From positions 1-64,000 of the forward strand of contig BTVV01000026.1 in NCBI GenBank assembly GCA_045863855.1: a stretch of 64,000 bases of DNA, read 5' to 3'. A program made the translations under genes and the position numbers. Positions 29,220 to 39,643 of the stretch are shown one piece after another. Every line of letters begins with the position of its first letter. Positions within the stretch are counted from its first letter, which is position 1. The stretch is from Planctomycetota bacterium. GTDB taxonomy: Bacteria > Planctomycetota > SZUA-567 > H5-PLA8. Under the pieces are notes generated by a model, which was not told the DNA's origin, made no database searches, and was given only the letters and a program-made list of their open reading frames with translations.

Positions 29220-31835
29220 CTACGGCGCCTTGAGCGCCTCCGCCAGCTTCTTCATCGTATCCCGCAGCTCGGCGCAGCGGTCCTTCGCCGCCGCGTCGTT
29301 GCGCGCGGCGGCGTCCAGCGCCTGCTCCACCGCGTCGCGCAAGCTCTGCGCGATCGTCAACAGCGCCTGCGGCTGAAAGCGCGGGGCGTCGCCCTCACCC
29401 TCGGCCGGCGGCGCGGCCTTCGCCAACCCTTCGGCCATTAGCGCGCGGTGGAAGTTCAGCGAGCCGTACGCGAGCTGCTCCTGCGCGCTCGACTTCTCCA
29501 TCAGCAACTGGATCATTACCACCGGCTGCCGCGGATCCAGTTCTTCCCACGGTTTGATCCGTTCGCCCTCGCCCGCCCCCGCCAGCGCGCGGATCGTGAT
29601 CCCGCGGTAGTTGAAGTCGATGATGTCGTACATCGGCTTCTTGTCCTTGCTGAACGCCTGCAGCGGCGATGCGTGCTTCGGATCGCGCTCGATCTGATCC
29701 TTCAGCCGCTGGCGAGCGGTGTTAAAGAGCCACTGTTCGTCCTTGATAAGCTGCAGGTAGCGCCCCGACAGCTGCTTCGTCTCGGGATCCTGCGCCGCGT
29801 CCGCGAACTTCTGCAACTCCTCCAACGCCTCCGTGTACCGGAATTTCGAAGCCTTCTCCGCCAGCCCCCCGGCCACCAGTTTCGCGAACGTCCGCGCCTC
29901 CTGCTGCCGCTTCTCTTCGGCCAGCTTCTGCGTCTGCGCGCCGCGCGCCGCTTCTTCGTTCTCCTGCACGCGCTGCAAGCGTTGCCCCGCCGCCGCGACC
30001 AGTTCCGGAACCCCGAAGCGCGCCTGCACGCCCTGGAACAGCCCGCGCGCCTTGGCGAAGTCCCCCGCCTGCAGCGCCTGATCCGAAGCCAGCAGGATGT
30101 CCGCGAAGGCCGCCTTCGCCTGCTGCTCGAACTTCTGCGCCGCTTCGGCCGCCTTCTCGGGATACGGCGCCATCTTCAGCGCCGCCGGCAGTTCCTTCGC
30201 CAGCGCGATCGCCTCCCCGAAACGCTGCTCCGCGGCCTTCGCCTGCGCCCGCGCCAGATGCTCGGCGAATACCTGCTCTTCGGCGTCCGTCGGCGCCGCC
30301 GGTACCGGGACGGCCGACGGCGCGGGCGTCGCGCCGCCGCGCGCGATCTCTTCCTCGATCCGAGCCTTCAAGAGCCGCGCGCGCACCCCCGTTACGCTCG
30401 CTTCGTCCGTGCGCCGCACCAGGTCGTCCACCAGCCGCAGCGTCGTCGTGTCGTGCTTCGCGTCGCCGCTGCGCAGCATCTCTTCGATCAGCCCCAGCGT
30501 CTTGGCCGTCTTCGCTTCCTCGGCCGAAACCTGCGCCGGCGCCACCAGAGGCGCGGCGCTCGGGCTTTCCGGCGACACCGGCGCGGCCGCCGCCGGCGGC
30601 GGTTCCGCCGTCCGGCCGGTACCTTCCGGCGCCATGAAGAACGTCTTGATCGCCAGCCCGATCGCGATCCCGAAGACCAGCACCACCGCGCCGATCAGCA
30701 TCGCCGAGGTCGCCTGCTCCCGCCCACGCGGCGAAGCGTAACGCGGTGCGTGCAGCGGCGGAGCCGGAGCGGCGCCGTAGGCCGGAGCGGCCGGGGCTTC
30801 GTGCGCGGCCGGAGCCGCCGCATCGGAGGCCGGCGCGCGCAGCCGCGGCGGAAGTTCGGCCGGCGGCAGCGGCGGAGGCGCCGCCGCCGCGTGCACCGGC
30901 GCCGGACGCCCTTCGGCCTCGTGTATCGCCGCCTCCAGCGTCGCCAAGGTCATATCGAAGTCGCCGCGCTCGGCCGGGTCCGCCGCCAGCAGCCGCTGGA
31001 CAAGGTGAACCGCGCGCACCGGCAGCGAACGCTCCGTGCCCCGCGGCCAGCGCACCGCCGCCGGCGCGATCGTCGCGCGCTCCTGCACGATCGATTCCGC
31101 GTCCGAACCGCGGTACGGCGGTGTGCCCGTCAGCATGTGGTACAGCAGCCCGCCCAGCGCGAAGAGATCTGCCGCGCGACGGCCCGCTTCGTCCGCCGGA
31201 TACCCCCGCGGCGGCAGGCATTCCGTGGCGCAGTAAATCAGCGGCTGAAAAAGATGCGGATCCTTCACGTTCCACGGCGCGTGCTCGGGCAGTTCGCCCA
31301 AGCCGATCCCCAGCACCCGCGCCTCGCCGTCGCGCACCAGCACGTCGCCCGGATGCAGCCGCCCGTGATGCCGGTGCTTCTGGTCCGCGTACGCCAGCGC
31401 CGACGCGATTTGCTCCGCGACTTGCAGCGCCCGCGCCGGACGAAACCGGACGTTCCGCTGCAGCGCCCGCGACAACGGCTCGCCCGCCACGTATTCCTGA
31501 ACCAGCAACAGCCGGCCGTCGTCCTCGATGCAGCCCAGGCAGCGCACCAAGGCCGGATGCTCGAGCAGAAAGCTCGCCTCCGCGCTCTGCTGCAAGCGCT
31601 CGCGAAAGCCGCTCTCACGCCCCGCCTCGTCCCGGAAAATCTTCACCGCCACCACGTCCTGCTCGACCAGCCGCCGCGCCTTGTACACCACCCCCTTGGG
31701 GCTGCGCGCCAGCTCCTGGATCAAACGGAATCCGGACAACTCGGGGAATGGAATGCGCTGAACGCCCGCGCCGGCGGGCGACTCGGGCTGTGCCGCATCC
31801 GTCTCTTCGTGCGGCTCCGACGCGGACTGACTCAT
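29220..31835 (-). CDS. Transmembrane Ser/Thr kinase-like protein, predicted pseudokinase
   Basis: VAVK retained; HRD/KPxN replaced by HGRLHPGD; DFG by GIG; G-loop ARSPKG; TM MLIGAVVLVFGIAIGLAI; start could be slightly upstream. Confidence 0.8.
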   Translation of the reverse strand: MSQSASEPHEETDAAQPESPAGAGVQRIPFPELSGFRLIQELARSPKGVVYKARRLVEQDVVAVKIFRDEAGRESGFRERLQQSAEASFLLEHPALVRCLGCIEDDGRLLLVQEYVAGEPLSRALQRNVRFRPARALQVAEQIASALAYADQKHRHHGRLHPGDVLVRDGEARVLGIGLGELPEHAPWNVKDPHLFQPLIYCATECLPPRGYPADEAGRRAADLFALGGLLYHMLTGTPPYRGSDAESIVQERATIAPAAVRWPRGTERSLPVRAVHLVQRLLAADPAERGDFDMTLATLEAAIHEAEGRPAPVHAAAAPPPLPPAELPPRLRAPASDAAAPAAHEAPAAPAYGAAPAPPLHAPRYASPRGREQATSAMLIGAVVLVFGIAIGLAIKTFFMAPEGTGRTAEPPPAAAAPVSPESPSAAPLVAPAQVSAEEAKTAKTLGLIEEMLRSGDAKHDTTTLRLVDDLVRRTDEASVTGVRARLLKARIEEEIARGGATPAPSAVPVPAAPTDAEEQVFAEHLARAQAKAAEQRFGEAIALAKELPAALKMAPYPEKAAEAAQKFEQQAKAAFADILLASDQALQAGDFAKARGLFQGVQARFGVPELVAAAGQRLQRVQENEEAARGAQTQKLAEEKRQQEARTFAKLVAGGLAEKASKFRYTEALEELQKFADAAQDPETKQLSGRYLQLIKDEQWLFNTARQRLKDQIERDPKHASPLQAFSKDKKPMYDIIDFNYRGITIRALAGAGEGERIKPWEELDPRQPVVMIQLLMEKSSAQEQLAYGSLNFHRALMAEGLAKAAPPAEGEGDAPRFQPQALLTIAQSLRDAVEQALDAAARNDAAAKDRCAELRDTMKKLAEALKAP

Positions 31836-32039
31836 GGCTGACGAACCTCGGGAAACCGGCGCCGAACCCATGCTACTCTCCGGGGGGCCAACCTGCACCT
31901 GCGGGCGGGGAGCCGCCGGGGCAACCCCAGCGGCCCTGTAACCTCTTATTAGAGGCGCTTTTCGCCTCCGTTTCCTTAGACGGAATGCCCCTCCAGTCCA
32001 GGACAAGGATTCCAGGCGCAAGCCCTTCAGGCTTGGCGC

Positions 32040-35000
32040 CTATTCCTTCACCACGAAATGATAGTAGGAGTGTTCCTGTTTGGGTCCGGTCACGCGCAGC
32101 CGGCCAATGAAATGACTTTTCAAATAGGCGCTCAAGCCCAACGTGTAGCGCCCGGGGGGCAGCTCCAGCAGCAGCGAGGTCTCGAACGTATGCCCGTTCT
32201 GGGTTTTCGCTCCGTACAACGCATAGTGATAGCAAACCTCCGCGCCCAAACCATCCCAGCGCAGCCGCACCGGACTGGGTACAGCGGCCGGCTTGTTGAG
32301 CGGCGGAGTGAACGCCAGCACGTGCTTCGCCGTGTCCTCCGGTTCGCGCAGGAATATCGTCCGCGAAAAATGCAACGCAGGCGGCTGCGCCGCGCCGGGC
32401 TTGACCAGCACGATCGCCGAGCCTTCCACTTTCGCGCCGGCGCCTTGGGGATCCGTGGCCGGCAACGCAGCTTCGGCATGAATCCCGTACACGCCCGGCG
32501 GCAAACTCTCGAGCACAACGCGCGAGCCCTCGTATCGCACGTTCGCGTTTACCGGACCGGAGCCGATCCGGTCCACGATCTTCACCTCCGGCACGGCGGT
32601 AGTGACTTCGAGCAGCGGACGGTTGCCGTACAAGGCTTCGAGCGCCAGACTTTGCGGCTCTCCCTCGGTTAGGCGGCTCGTGAATTTCCATTCCGCCATG
32701 GAGTCCCGAGCCTCGCCCAGAATGACCCGCAGCGCGCCCAAGCGCTTCCCGTTGCGGTCCGCGTACAGGTTCATCTGATACTGGCCGGGATCGAGGTCGA
32801 GCGTCAATTCGGTGGCGGCCGTCTTCTCGTGCCGGCGATGGTTCAGGGAACTGTTGTAGAGATACAGCGAATAGTTCACCCCGGGCGCCACCGGCTTCCA
32901 GGCGAAACGCACGCGAGAACCCAGCAGCGGAAATGCTTTCGCTTGCTCTCCCAGGTCCACCGGTTCCAGCAGCCGGATCCCCTGCTGCAAGTGCAACTCC
33001 ACCGGCGCGTTCCCCTCGCGCTTCAGCGTTACGATCTGGTACTCCCACAAATCTTCCGGACCCATCCGCCCGCCCCCCGCCAGACGGTCGATGTTCGCGT
33101 GAAGCTGGTACTCCCCCGCCCCCAGCGCCTCGAAGCGGAAACGATGGCCTTCCACCACCGGTTGCTGCCGCAGCCACTTTTGGTTCGTGCGGTCGAAGAT
33201 CGAAAACTCCGGCGCCGCCGGCGTCAGCTCCGTCACCGGCTTCCCATCGAAGAGCAGCACACCCTCCAGCGCCAGCGTGTTCGCCGCCTCCGCCGGCAGC
33301 GGTTCGGCCTCCACCGGCTGCCCCGGACGCAGCGCCGGCGGATTCGGCAGCTTCAGCAGCACCTGATCCAAGCGCGAAAGCGATGCCGCCGGCGCGCCCA
33401 GCCGGGCCGCTTCCACCGTTTCGCGCACCGGCGGACCGATCGCCAGCAGCGTCTCCACCGCCGCGTCATGCAGCGAATACCGCGGACTCAACAGTACGCC
33501 CACCAGCGAACCCGTATACTCCGCCGCCGCCGGACCCTGCTCTTGAAGTATCTGCATCGCCGTCCAGGCGCTTTCGTGCGGCGCGTCGTTCACGCACGCG
33601 GCGACTTCCGGAAGCGCTTCCTTCGCTCCGGCGCCCATCCGCCGCAGCGCATGCAACGCGCGCAGCCGCACTTCCAGCGGACCTTCGCGCACGATCCGGC
33701 CCAGTTCCCTCGCCGCCTCCGGCGAATCCACGCGGTCCCAGCGCGCATTGCCCAGCAATTCTTCCAGTTCCGCCCCCCGCGCCTCCCGCAGCCGCTTCAA
33801 CAGATGCAGCGCCAGCGCCGGTTCGTGAGGATCCAGACGGTCCTGCGCCACCGATCCCACCCAGCGTTCGTGAGAATCGCCACTCGCCTGCGCTGCCAAG
33901 GCCAGCGGCACATGGATATATCCGTGCCCCGCCTCCCCGCGGCACGCCAGCAGTTCCAGCGCCAGCACGCGTTCGGAAAATTCGCCCTGTTCCTGCAGCG
34001 GAGCCACATGCCGCACGTCGAAACGCTCCAGCGCCATCAGCACGGGGTAGCGCAGCTCGCGCTCCAGGAATTCGAAAAAGCGGGCCTTTTGTTTGTTCAC
34101 TCCGGTCTTGAGCAGCGCGGGGATGGCTTCGACCGCGCGGCGTTCGCCCAAGGCTTGGATCGCGTAGCGGCGTACGATGCGGTGCGGATCGTCGAGCGCT
34201 TTGAGCAGCATCGGCACGGCCTGCGGATGCGGTGCGGTATTCGAGGCCAGTGCGTACGCGGCCTGGATGCGCACGGGCGCGTAGGCATCGGCGAGGGCTT
34301 CGACGGCGGGCGTGACATCCACGGGCCGATCACCCGGCCGCAGGCGCTCGATCAATTGGCCCACGCGCCACTCGCCCCAGAAGCCGCGCGCGGCGAAGGT
34401 CAGAAGGCCCGAGGCGAGCAGGAAGCACACCGCGGCCAGCGCCAGGCGCGGCCACGCGCCGCGCGCCGACGGGAGCGCCTCGGGGCGGCACGGCGGAGAA
34501 CCGATGCGCAGGACGGGTTCGGTCGAACGCCCCCATCGCAGCGCGCGGCACTCCCAGGGCTCGAAGCCTTCCGGCGCCAACGACCATTCCCACAAGAAGG
34601 GCCGGACGGGCTCGATCCGCCAGCGCGACGGTCCGGAATCCGTTCCGTCGCGGATCTCGACGGGATGCCCCAGCACCCAGACGGGATCGCCTTCGCGGAG
34701 GATCTCGACGTCGGGTCGTGGCACGCCTTCGGGCGTCACCCACAGTGCGTTCGAAAAAATGCGCGGATCGGTGCCGGGATCCACAAGGGTCTCGCCGGAT
34801 TCGTCGGCGACCACAAACGGGCGGCAACGGCTCTTGGCCGGGTTCTTCGCGTCGTAGCGCAGGAGGACGCTGGCATCCTCGAGGCTGGGCTGGTCGTCGG
34901 GGGCACGGCCGGCCCGGCCGGCGACGAGGATCATCGCGCCGTGCTCGCCGGTGCAGGGGGAAGGCGCGAGCCGGCGGGCGGTATCGGCGGCGAAGCGGTG

Positions 35001-35540
35001 CAGCTTCGCGGCACGGAAAACATGCCACCCCGCATACGCCAGCCCCGCCCCCGCCGCGGCGAGCAGCGCCAGGAACCACCACCACACCCAGTGTGCCGGA
35101 GCCGTGAAAGGGCCCTCGGCGGGCGCCGGCAGCCCGAAGCCCAGCAGCGGAAGCGCGAAGGCCAGCGCGATGGCCCCGGTTCGGACGAGAACGCTGTAGG
35201 CAAGTTGTATCGGAAAGACCAGCGGGAAGATCAGAAGTGCACGCAGCACCAGCAGCAGCAGCAGGCCGCGCATGGACGGATAAGGCGGTTTGCGCGCGTA
35301 GCGTACGAAGCGCACGATCGCTTCGATCAGGATGAAGAGGCCCAGAGCCCACATCGTGAGCAGGCCGATCTCCTCGGGCAGCGCAGGGCGGACCGGCGCG
35401 CGGAGGAACTCGATCTCGAGTGCAAAGCGGACGGCAAGAAAAAGCAGCAAATAGACGAGCGCATCGCGGCCAAGCGTGCGCAGCACACGGACGGCGAGGT
35501 AGGGCGAAGGCGGCTCAAGGCTGAGGGGCGCTGAGGCCAT
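32040..35540 (-). CDS. Large membrane protein: TM bundle, GIDE-like domain, HEAT repeats, two Ig-like (carboxypeptidase-regulatory-like) modules
   Basis: PFVVADESGETLVDP...LREGDPVWVLG; LDDPHRIVRRYAIQALG; duplicated FAWKPV...YSLYLY / LRWDGL...YHYALY. Confidence 0.65.
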   Translation of the reverse strand: MASAPLSLEPPSPYLAVRVLRTLGRDALVYLLLFLAVRFALEIEFLRAPVRPALPEEIGLLTMWALGLFILIEAIVRFVRYARKPPYPSMRGLLLLLVLRALLIFPLVFPIQLAYSVLVRTGAIALAFALPLLGFGLPAPAEGPFTAPAHWVWWWFLALLAAAGAGLAYAGWHVFRAAKLHRFAADTARRLAPSPCTGEHGAMILVAGRAGRAPDDQPSLEDASVLLRYDAKNPAKSRCRPFVVADESGETLVDPGTDPRIFSNALWVTPEGVPRPDVEILREGDPVWVLGHPVEIRDGTDSGPSRWRIEPVRPFLWEWSLAPEGFEPWECRALRWGRSTEPVLRIGSPPCRPEALPSARGAWPRLALAAVCFLLASGLLTFAARGFWGEWRVGQLIERLRPGDRPVDVTPAVEALADAYAPVRIQAAYALASNTAPHPQAVPMLLKALDDPHRIVRRYAIQALGERRAVEAIPALLKTGVNKQKARFFEFLERELRYPVLMALERFDVRHVAPLQEQGEFSERVLALELLACRGEAGHGYIHVPLALAAQASGDSHERWVGSVAQDRLDPHEPALALHLLKRLREARGAELEELLGNARWDRVDSPEAARELGRIVREGPLEVRLRALHALRRMGAGAKEALPEVAACVNDAPHESAWTAMQILQEQGPAAAEYTGSLVGVLLSPRYSLHDAAVETLLAIGPPVRETVEAARLGAPAASLSRLDQVLLKLPNPPALRPGQPVEAEPLPAEAANTLALEGVLLFDGKPVTELTPAAPEFSIFDRTNQKWLRQQPVVEGHRFRFEALGAGEYQLHANIDRLAGGGRMGPEDLWEYQIVTLKREGNAPVELHLQQGIRLLEPVDLGEQAKAFPLLGSRVRFAWKPVAPGVNYSLYLYNSSLNHRRHEKTAATELTLDLDPGQYQMNLYADRNGKRLGALRVILGEARDSMAEWKFTSRLTEGEPQSLALEALYGNRPLLEVTTAVPEVKIVDRIGSGPVNANVRYEGSRVVLESLPPGVYGIHAEAALPATDPQGAGAKVEGSAIVLVKPGAAQPPALHFSRTIFLREPEDTAKHVLAFTPPLNKPAAVPSPVRLRWDGLGAEVCYHYALYGAKTQNGHTFETSLLLELPPGRYTLGLSAYLKSHFIGRLRVTGPKQEHSYYHFVVKE

Positions 35541-35677
35541 GAAAGTTCCTATAAGGGTGCGGACAGTATACCGCCCGCCGAGATATTCCGGCAGCCCGTG
35601 GAAACCTTTGAGTAAAGGCCTTCGAGCTGTCAATGCACAGGTGCTGAACCATTTGAATGGCAGGCGCCGCAGCGCCT

Positions 35678-35708
35678 AAATAAACCGGGCCGCCCGAAGG
35701 CGGCCCGG
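35678..35708 (-). terminator. Intrinsic terminator after ftsK
   Basis: CCGGGCCGCC-TTCG-GGCGGCCCGG then TTTATTT on the minus strand. Confidence 0.85.
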
Positions 35709-35739
35709 CAATCCTTTCAGCGACAAAAAACCGGGATGC

Positions 35740-38721
35740 TCAACTTTCCTCCGGCTCATCCGCCTCGGCCTCGTCGTCCGCATCCGCTTCCTCTTCATCC
35801 AATTCGTCCGCATCCTCGTCTTCCACCGGCTCCAACGCCTGCACCAGCGACGTATCCGGACGCGCCGCGCCGTCGCCTTGCTCCGGATCGATCCCGGACT
35901 CGTCCGCCTTCGTCCCGTCCACGTCATCCAGCAGCGCGATCGCATCCGGCGCCACGGCCGCCGTGGACTTGATCGGATTGTCCTTGCTCCCCAGCTTGCC
36001 CCACGCCGACGGACCCGCGTTGCGGCTGCGCTTGTACGAATCCCAGCCGTCGATCGTGATCAGCAGTTCGCGCCCCTTCGCGCCCCGGTCCGGACCGACA
36101 ATGCCCAGCGCTTCCATCTGGTCGCACAGCTTCGCCGCGCGCGTGTATCCCAGGCTCAGCCGGCGCTGCAACAGCGACGTGCTCGCGCGCCCTTGAGCCA
36201 GGAACGACTCCACCGCCTCGTCGAAGCGGTCGTCCAGCACCATCGCTTCCACGGCCGCGGCTTCTTCCTCTTCGTTGCCGGCGGCGGCGCGAGCGACCTT
36301 CTCGATCTCGTCGCTGTAGATCGGCTCGGCTTGGTTCTTGCAGAAGCGCACCACCTCCTGGATCTCGTGGTCCGCGATGTACACGCCTTTCGCGCGCACC
36401 AGATTCGCGCTGCCCGGCGGCAGGAAGAGCATGTCGCCCTTGCCCGCCAGCTTGTCCGCGCCCGACGTATCCAGCACAATCCGGCTGTCAATCTTCGATT
36501 TCACCTGGAAGCAGATGCGGCACGGCAGGTTGGTCTTGATCAGTCCCGTCACCACGTCCGCGCTCGGGCGCTGCGTGGCCAGGATCACGTGAATCCCCGC
36601 CGCGCGCGCTTTCTGCGCCAGACGTGCGATCGACTGCTCGATCTCCTTCCCCGCCGTCATCATCAGGTCCGCGAACTCGTCCACGATCACCACCAAATAC
36701 GGCATGTGGTCCATGTACTCGTCCGGCGCTTCGTCCTTGGGCAGCCGCTCCAGCCGCTCTTCGCGCGTCAGCTTGTTGAAGCTTGCGATGTTGCGCACGC
36801 CTACCTTGCTCATGCGCTCGTAGCGCTGCTCCATCTTCTCCACCGCCCAGATCAGCACCCCCGCCGCCAGTTTCATGTCCGTCACGACCGGGCTGAGCAA
36901 GTGCGGAATCCCGCGGAAGTCCGTCATCTCCACCTGCTTCGGGTCCACCAGGATCAGCTTCACCTCATGCGGCCGGCGCAGGATCATCAGCGAAAGGATG
37001 ATCGAGTTCACGCAGATCGATTTGCCCGAGCCCGTCGTGCCTGCGATCAGCAAGTGCGGCATGCTCGCCAAGTCGCTCACCAGCGCGTTGCCCGTCGCGT
37101 CGCGGCCCAGGATCAGCGGCAGCGTCCACTTGCCCGAACGGAAGGCCGGCGATTCCAGGATCGGGCGCATCCGCACCGTGTAATCCTCGGTGTTCGGAAT
37201 CTCGATCCCGATGCTGTCGCGGCCCGGCAGCGGAGCCACGATGCGCACACCGTGCTCCGACTTCATCGCCATCGCCAGGTTGTCGCTCAGCGCCAGCACA
37301 CGCGAAACCTTGATCCCCGGATCGAGCTGCAGCTCGAACATCGTCACCGTCGGGCCGTGGTGGATGTTCACCAGCCGGCTCCCGATCTTGAACTCCCACA
37401 GCGTCTCGATCAGCTTCGCGCCGCGTTCCTTCAACGTGTCGCTGCTGACGACCACCGAAATGTCCTTCTCTTCCAGCTTCTTGATGTCCGGCAGGAGGTA
37501 GTTGTCGGGCAGTTTCGGCTTCGGCGGCGCGGGCGCGGCGTCCCCCTCGGCCACGGCATCCCCCGCCGCCGGCGCTTCGGCCGGTTCTTCGGGCTTCGCG
37601 CCCAGCGACGCCGCCAGCTTCGCGCGCGCCTTCTCCTGCTCGCGGTCCTTCGCCGCGCGCTCGCGCTCCAGCCGCTCCAGCACCTTCGCTTCGCGCTTGG
37701 CCTGCTCCTGCGCTTCCTGCTCCCGCTTCTGCCGCTCGCCCTCGGCCTGCTCCGCCTGCCGCACCGCTTCTTCCCGGCGCTGCTGCGCTTCCAGTTGCTC
37801 GCGCTCCTCGCGCGAAAGCTTCGGCGCCTCATCGGACTTGACCAGCTTCGCCCGCGCGCGCGTGATCTTGGCCGCTTCCGCTTCCGGGTCGAACTTCTTC
37901 ACCGCCGGCTCTTCGGCTTCGTCTTCGGGCTCCGGTTCCGCCGTCCGCGCCTTGCGCTTCGGCGGCGGCGCTTCCAGCACCGCCACTGCGCCCGCGTTCG
38001 CCCGAGGCGCGTTCGCCTGAGCCTCGTTCAACGCCGCGCGGAAGCTCGCCGTCTCCGTCGCCGCCTGGGGCTGAGCGGCCGAGAGCGACGCCGCCGCCGC
38101 TTCGCCCGTCGCTTTCATGCGCTGCTTGAACGACTCCCAGCTCCACGCCGCCAGCCGCGCGCAGCCGCGCCCGACCAGCGAAAGTGCCGTCTCCGTCACG
38201 TCCTGCGCCAGCAGCAACCCCGCCAGCAGCCCCGCCGTCACCAGCACCAGGTACACGCCCACCGCGCCGAAGTAGCTCACCAGCGGAGCCGCCAGATACG
38301 CGCCCCCCACCAGCCCGCCCAGCCCGGCCGGATAATCCGAAGCCAGCGCCGCTTCGCGCGCCGCCGCGTTCGGCAGATCCACCGTCCCCGCCCAGGCCGC
38401 CGCGACCAGCGTCATCAGCACCGCGCCAAAACCTCGCAGCGCCAGACCGCTCATCGAACGCGCCGCCACCGTCATCACCCCGAAGACCAGCAGGCAGCAG
38501 ACCGGCACCCATGCGCTCAGGCCGTAGAAGCAGAGCAGATGCTGAGCGGTCCAGGCGCCGAGCAGCCCCGCGAGGTTGTGCAGCGGCGCCGCTCCAGCAT
38601 GGTAGTCCATCACGTCCGCCGGATGGTGCGTGAAGAGGCTCAGGCCGCAGAAGAGCGCCAGGCCCGCCAGGCCCAAGCCCGTGACGATCGCCGTCGTTTC
38701 TTTGGAGCGTTCGTGGTCCAT
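35740..38721 (-). CDS. ftsK: DNA translocase FtsK
   Basis: N-terminal TM domain; IAGTTGSGKS, LVDPKQVE, VDEFADLM, LATQRPS; gamma domain STSLLQRRLSLGYTRAA. Confidence 0.96.
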   Translation of the reverse strand: MDHERSKETTAIVTGLGLAGLALFCGLSLFTHHPADVMDYHAGAAPLHNLAGLLGAWTAQHLLCFYGLSAWVPVCCLLVFGVMTVAARSMSGLALRGFGAVLMTLVAAAWAGTVDLPNAAAREAALASDYPAGLGGLVGGAYLAAPLVSYFGAVGVYLVLVTAGLLAGLLLAQDVTETALSLVGRGCARLAAWSWESFKQRMKATGEAAAASLSAAQPQAATETASFRAALNEAQANAPRANAGAVAVLEAPPPKRKARTAEPEPEDEAEEPAVKKFDPEAEAAKITRARAKLVKSDEAPKLSREEREQLEAQQRREEAVRQAEQAEGERQKREQEAQEQAKREAKVLERLERERAAKDREQEKARAKLAASLGAKPEEPAEAPAAGDAVAEGDAAPAPPKPKLPDNYLLPDIKKLEEKDISVVVSSDTLKERGAKLIETLWEFKIGSRLVNIHHGPTVTMFELQLDPGIKVSRVLALSDNLAMAMKSEHGVRIVAPLPGRDSIGIEIPNTEDYTVRMRPILESPAFRSGKWTLPLILGRDATGNALVSDLASMPHLLIAGTTGSGKSICVNSIILSLMILRRPHEVKLILVDPKQVEMTDFRGIPHLLSPVVTDMKLAAGVLIWAVEKMEQRYERMSKVGVRNIASFNKLTREERLERLPKDEAPDEYMDHMPYLVVIVDEFADLMMTAGKEIEQSIARLAQKARAAGIHVILATQRPSADVVTGLIKTNLPCRICFQVKSKIDSRIVLDTSGADKLAGKGDMLFLPPGSANLVRAKGVYIADHEIQEVVRFCKNQAEPIYSDEIEKVARAAAGNEEEEAAAVEAMVLDDRFDEAVESFLAQGRASTSLLQRRLSLGYTRAAKLCDQMEALGIVGPDRGAKGRELLITIDGWDSYKRSRNAGPSAWGKLGSKDNPIKSTAAVAPDAIALLDDVDGTKADESGIDPEQGDGAARPDTSLVQALEPVEDEDADELDEEEADADDEAEADEPEES

Positions 38722-38737
38722 CGTTCCCCCTACCTCG

Positions 38738-39535
38738 TTACCGTGTCGCCGCCAGCAATACGCACAGCCCCGCCATCAGGAAGCAGTACGGCGCGAAGCG
38801 CGGCAGCAGCCCGCGTTTCGCCACGTGTTTGAGCAGACTCATCGCCGCGATGCCCGAGACCAGCGCCGCGGCGAAGCCCGCCGCCAGCGGCCCCGGACTC
38901 ACCGCCGCCAACTGCCCGATCTGGTCCGACTCCACCGCCAGCGCACCGATGATCGCCGGCGCGCCCAGCAGGAAACTGAACGCCACCGCCTGCTCGGCCG
39001 AGACGCCGCACAAGCGGCCCGCCGAGATCGTCAGCCCCGAACGCGAACAGCCCGGCGCGATCGCCAGCGCCTGCGCCAGACCGATCACCAGCGCGTCGCC
39101 CCAGCGCACGTGCCAAGCCGACGCCGAGGGCATCCCCTCCCCCGCCCCGTCCGCCGCCGAGCGGTCCTCGCGGCCCACCTTCCACAAAAACGATCCCGTG
39201 ATGCAGAAGCACCACGCCAGCGCCAGCGGATGGCTCGCCAGCGCTTCCATCTCGTGCCGCCAGACCAGCCCAACCACCGCCGTCGGAATGCTGGCGACCG
39301 CCAGGATGACCAGCAGCCGCCGGTTCTCGCGCGCCAGCGACACCAGCAGCCGGCCGAAGACCCCGAAGATCACCAGCAGCGTCGCCCCATGCACCAGCAC
39401 GTCGAACGCGGTGCTCCCCGCGCTCCGCTCGCCGAATAAGAGGTGACCCACCGCCAAATGGCCCGAAGACGAAACCGGCAGGAACTCGGTTATGCCTTGC
39501 AAGAATCCCAGCACGATCGCTTCCCAGTAGCTCAC
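38738..39535 (-). CDS. uppP: Undecaprenyl-diphosphate phosphatase
   Basis: QGITEFLPVSSSGH, PGCSRSG, FSFLL. Confidence 0.95.
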   Translation of the reverse strand: MSYWEAIVLGFLQGITEFLPVSSSGHLAVGHLLFGERSAGSTAFDVLVHGATLLVIFGVFGRLLVSLARENRRLLVILAVASIPTAVVGLVWRHEMEALASHPLALAWCFCITGSFLWKVGREDRSAADGAGEGMPSASAWHVRWGDALVIGLAQALAIAPGCSRSGLTISAGRLCGVSAEQAVAFSFLLGAPAIIGALAVESDQIGQLAAVSPGPLAAGFAAALVSGIAAMSLLKHVAKRGLLPRFAPYCFLMAGLCVLLAATR

Positions 39536-39643
39536 GCGGCAGCCCTCGTGAAAACCACGGCGCGACCGTTCCCCAAGCGGGAACAGAACACGCTCGATTC
39601 GGTATCGGCCGATGAGGGGTCCGGCTGGACGGAAATTAACGCC

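Noticed and set aside
35878..38832. Long antisense/shadow ORFs (also 12413-14962, 32829-35534, 39811-42339, 48671-50650, 56296-59325)
   Set aside because: Expected in high-GC DNA opposite real genes; no motifs and biased composition
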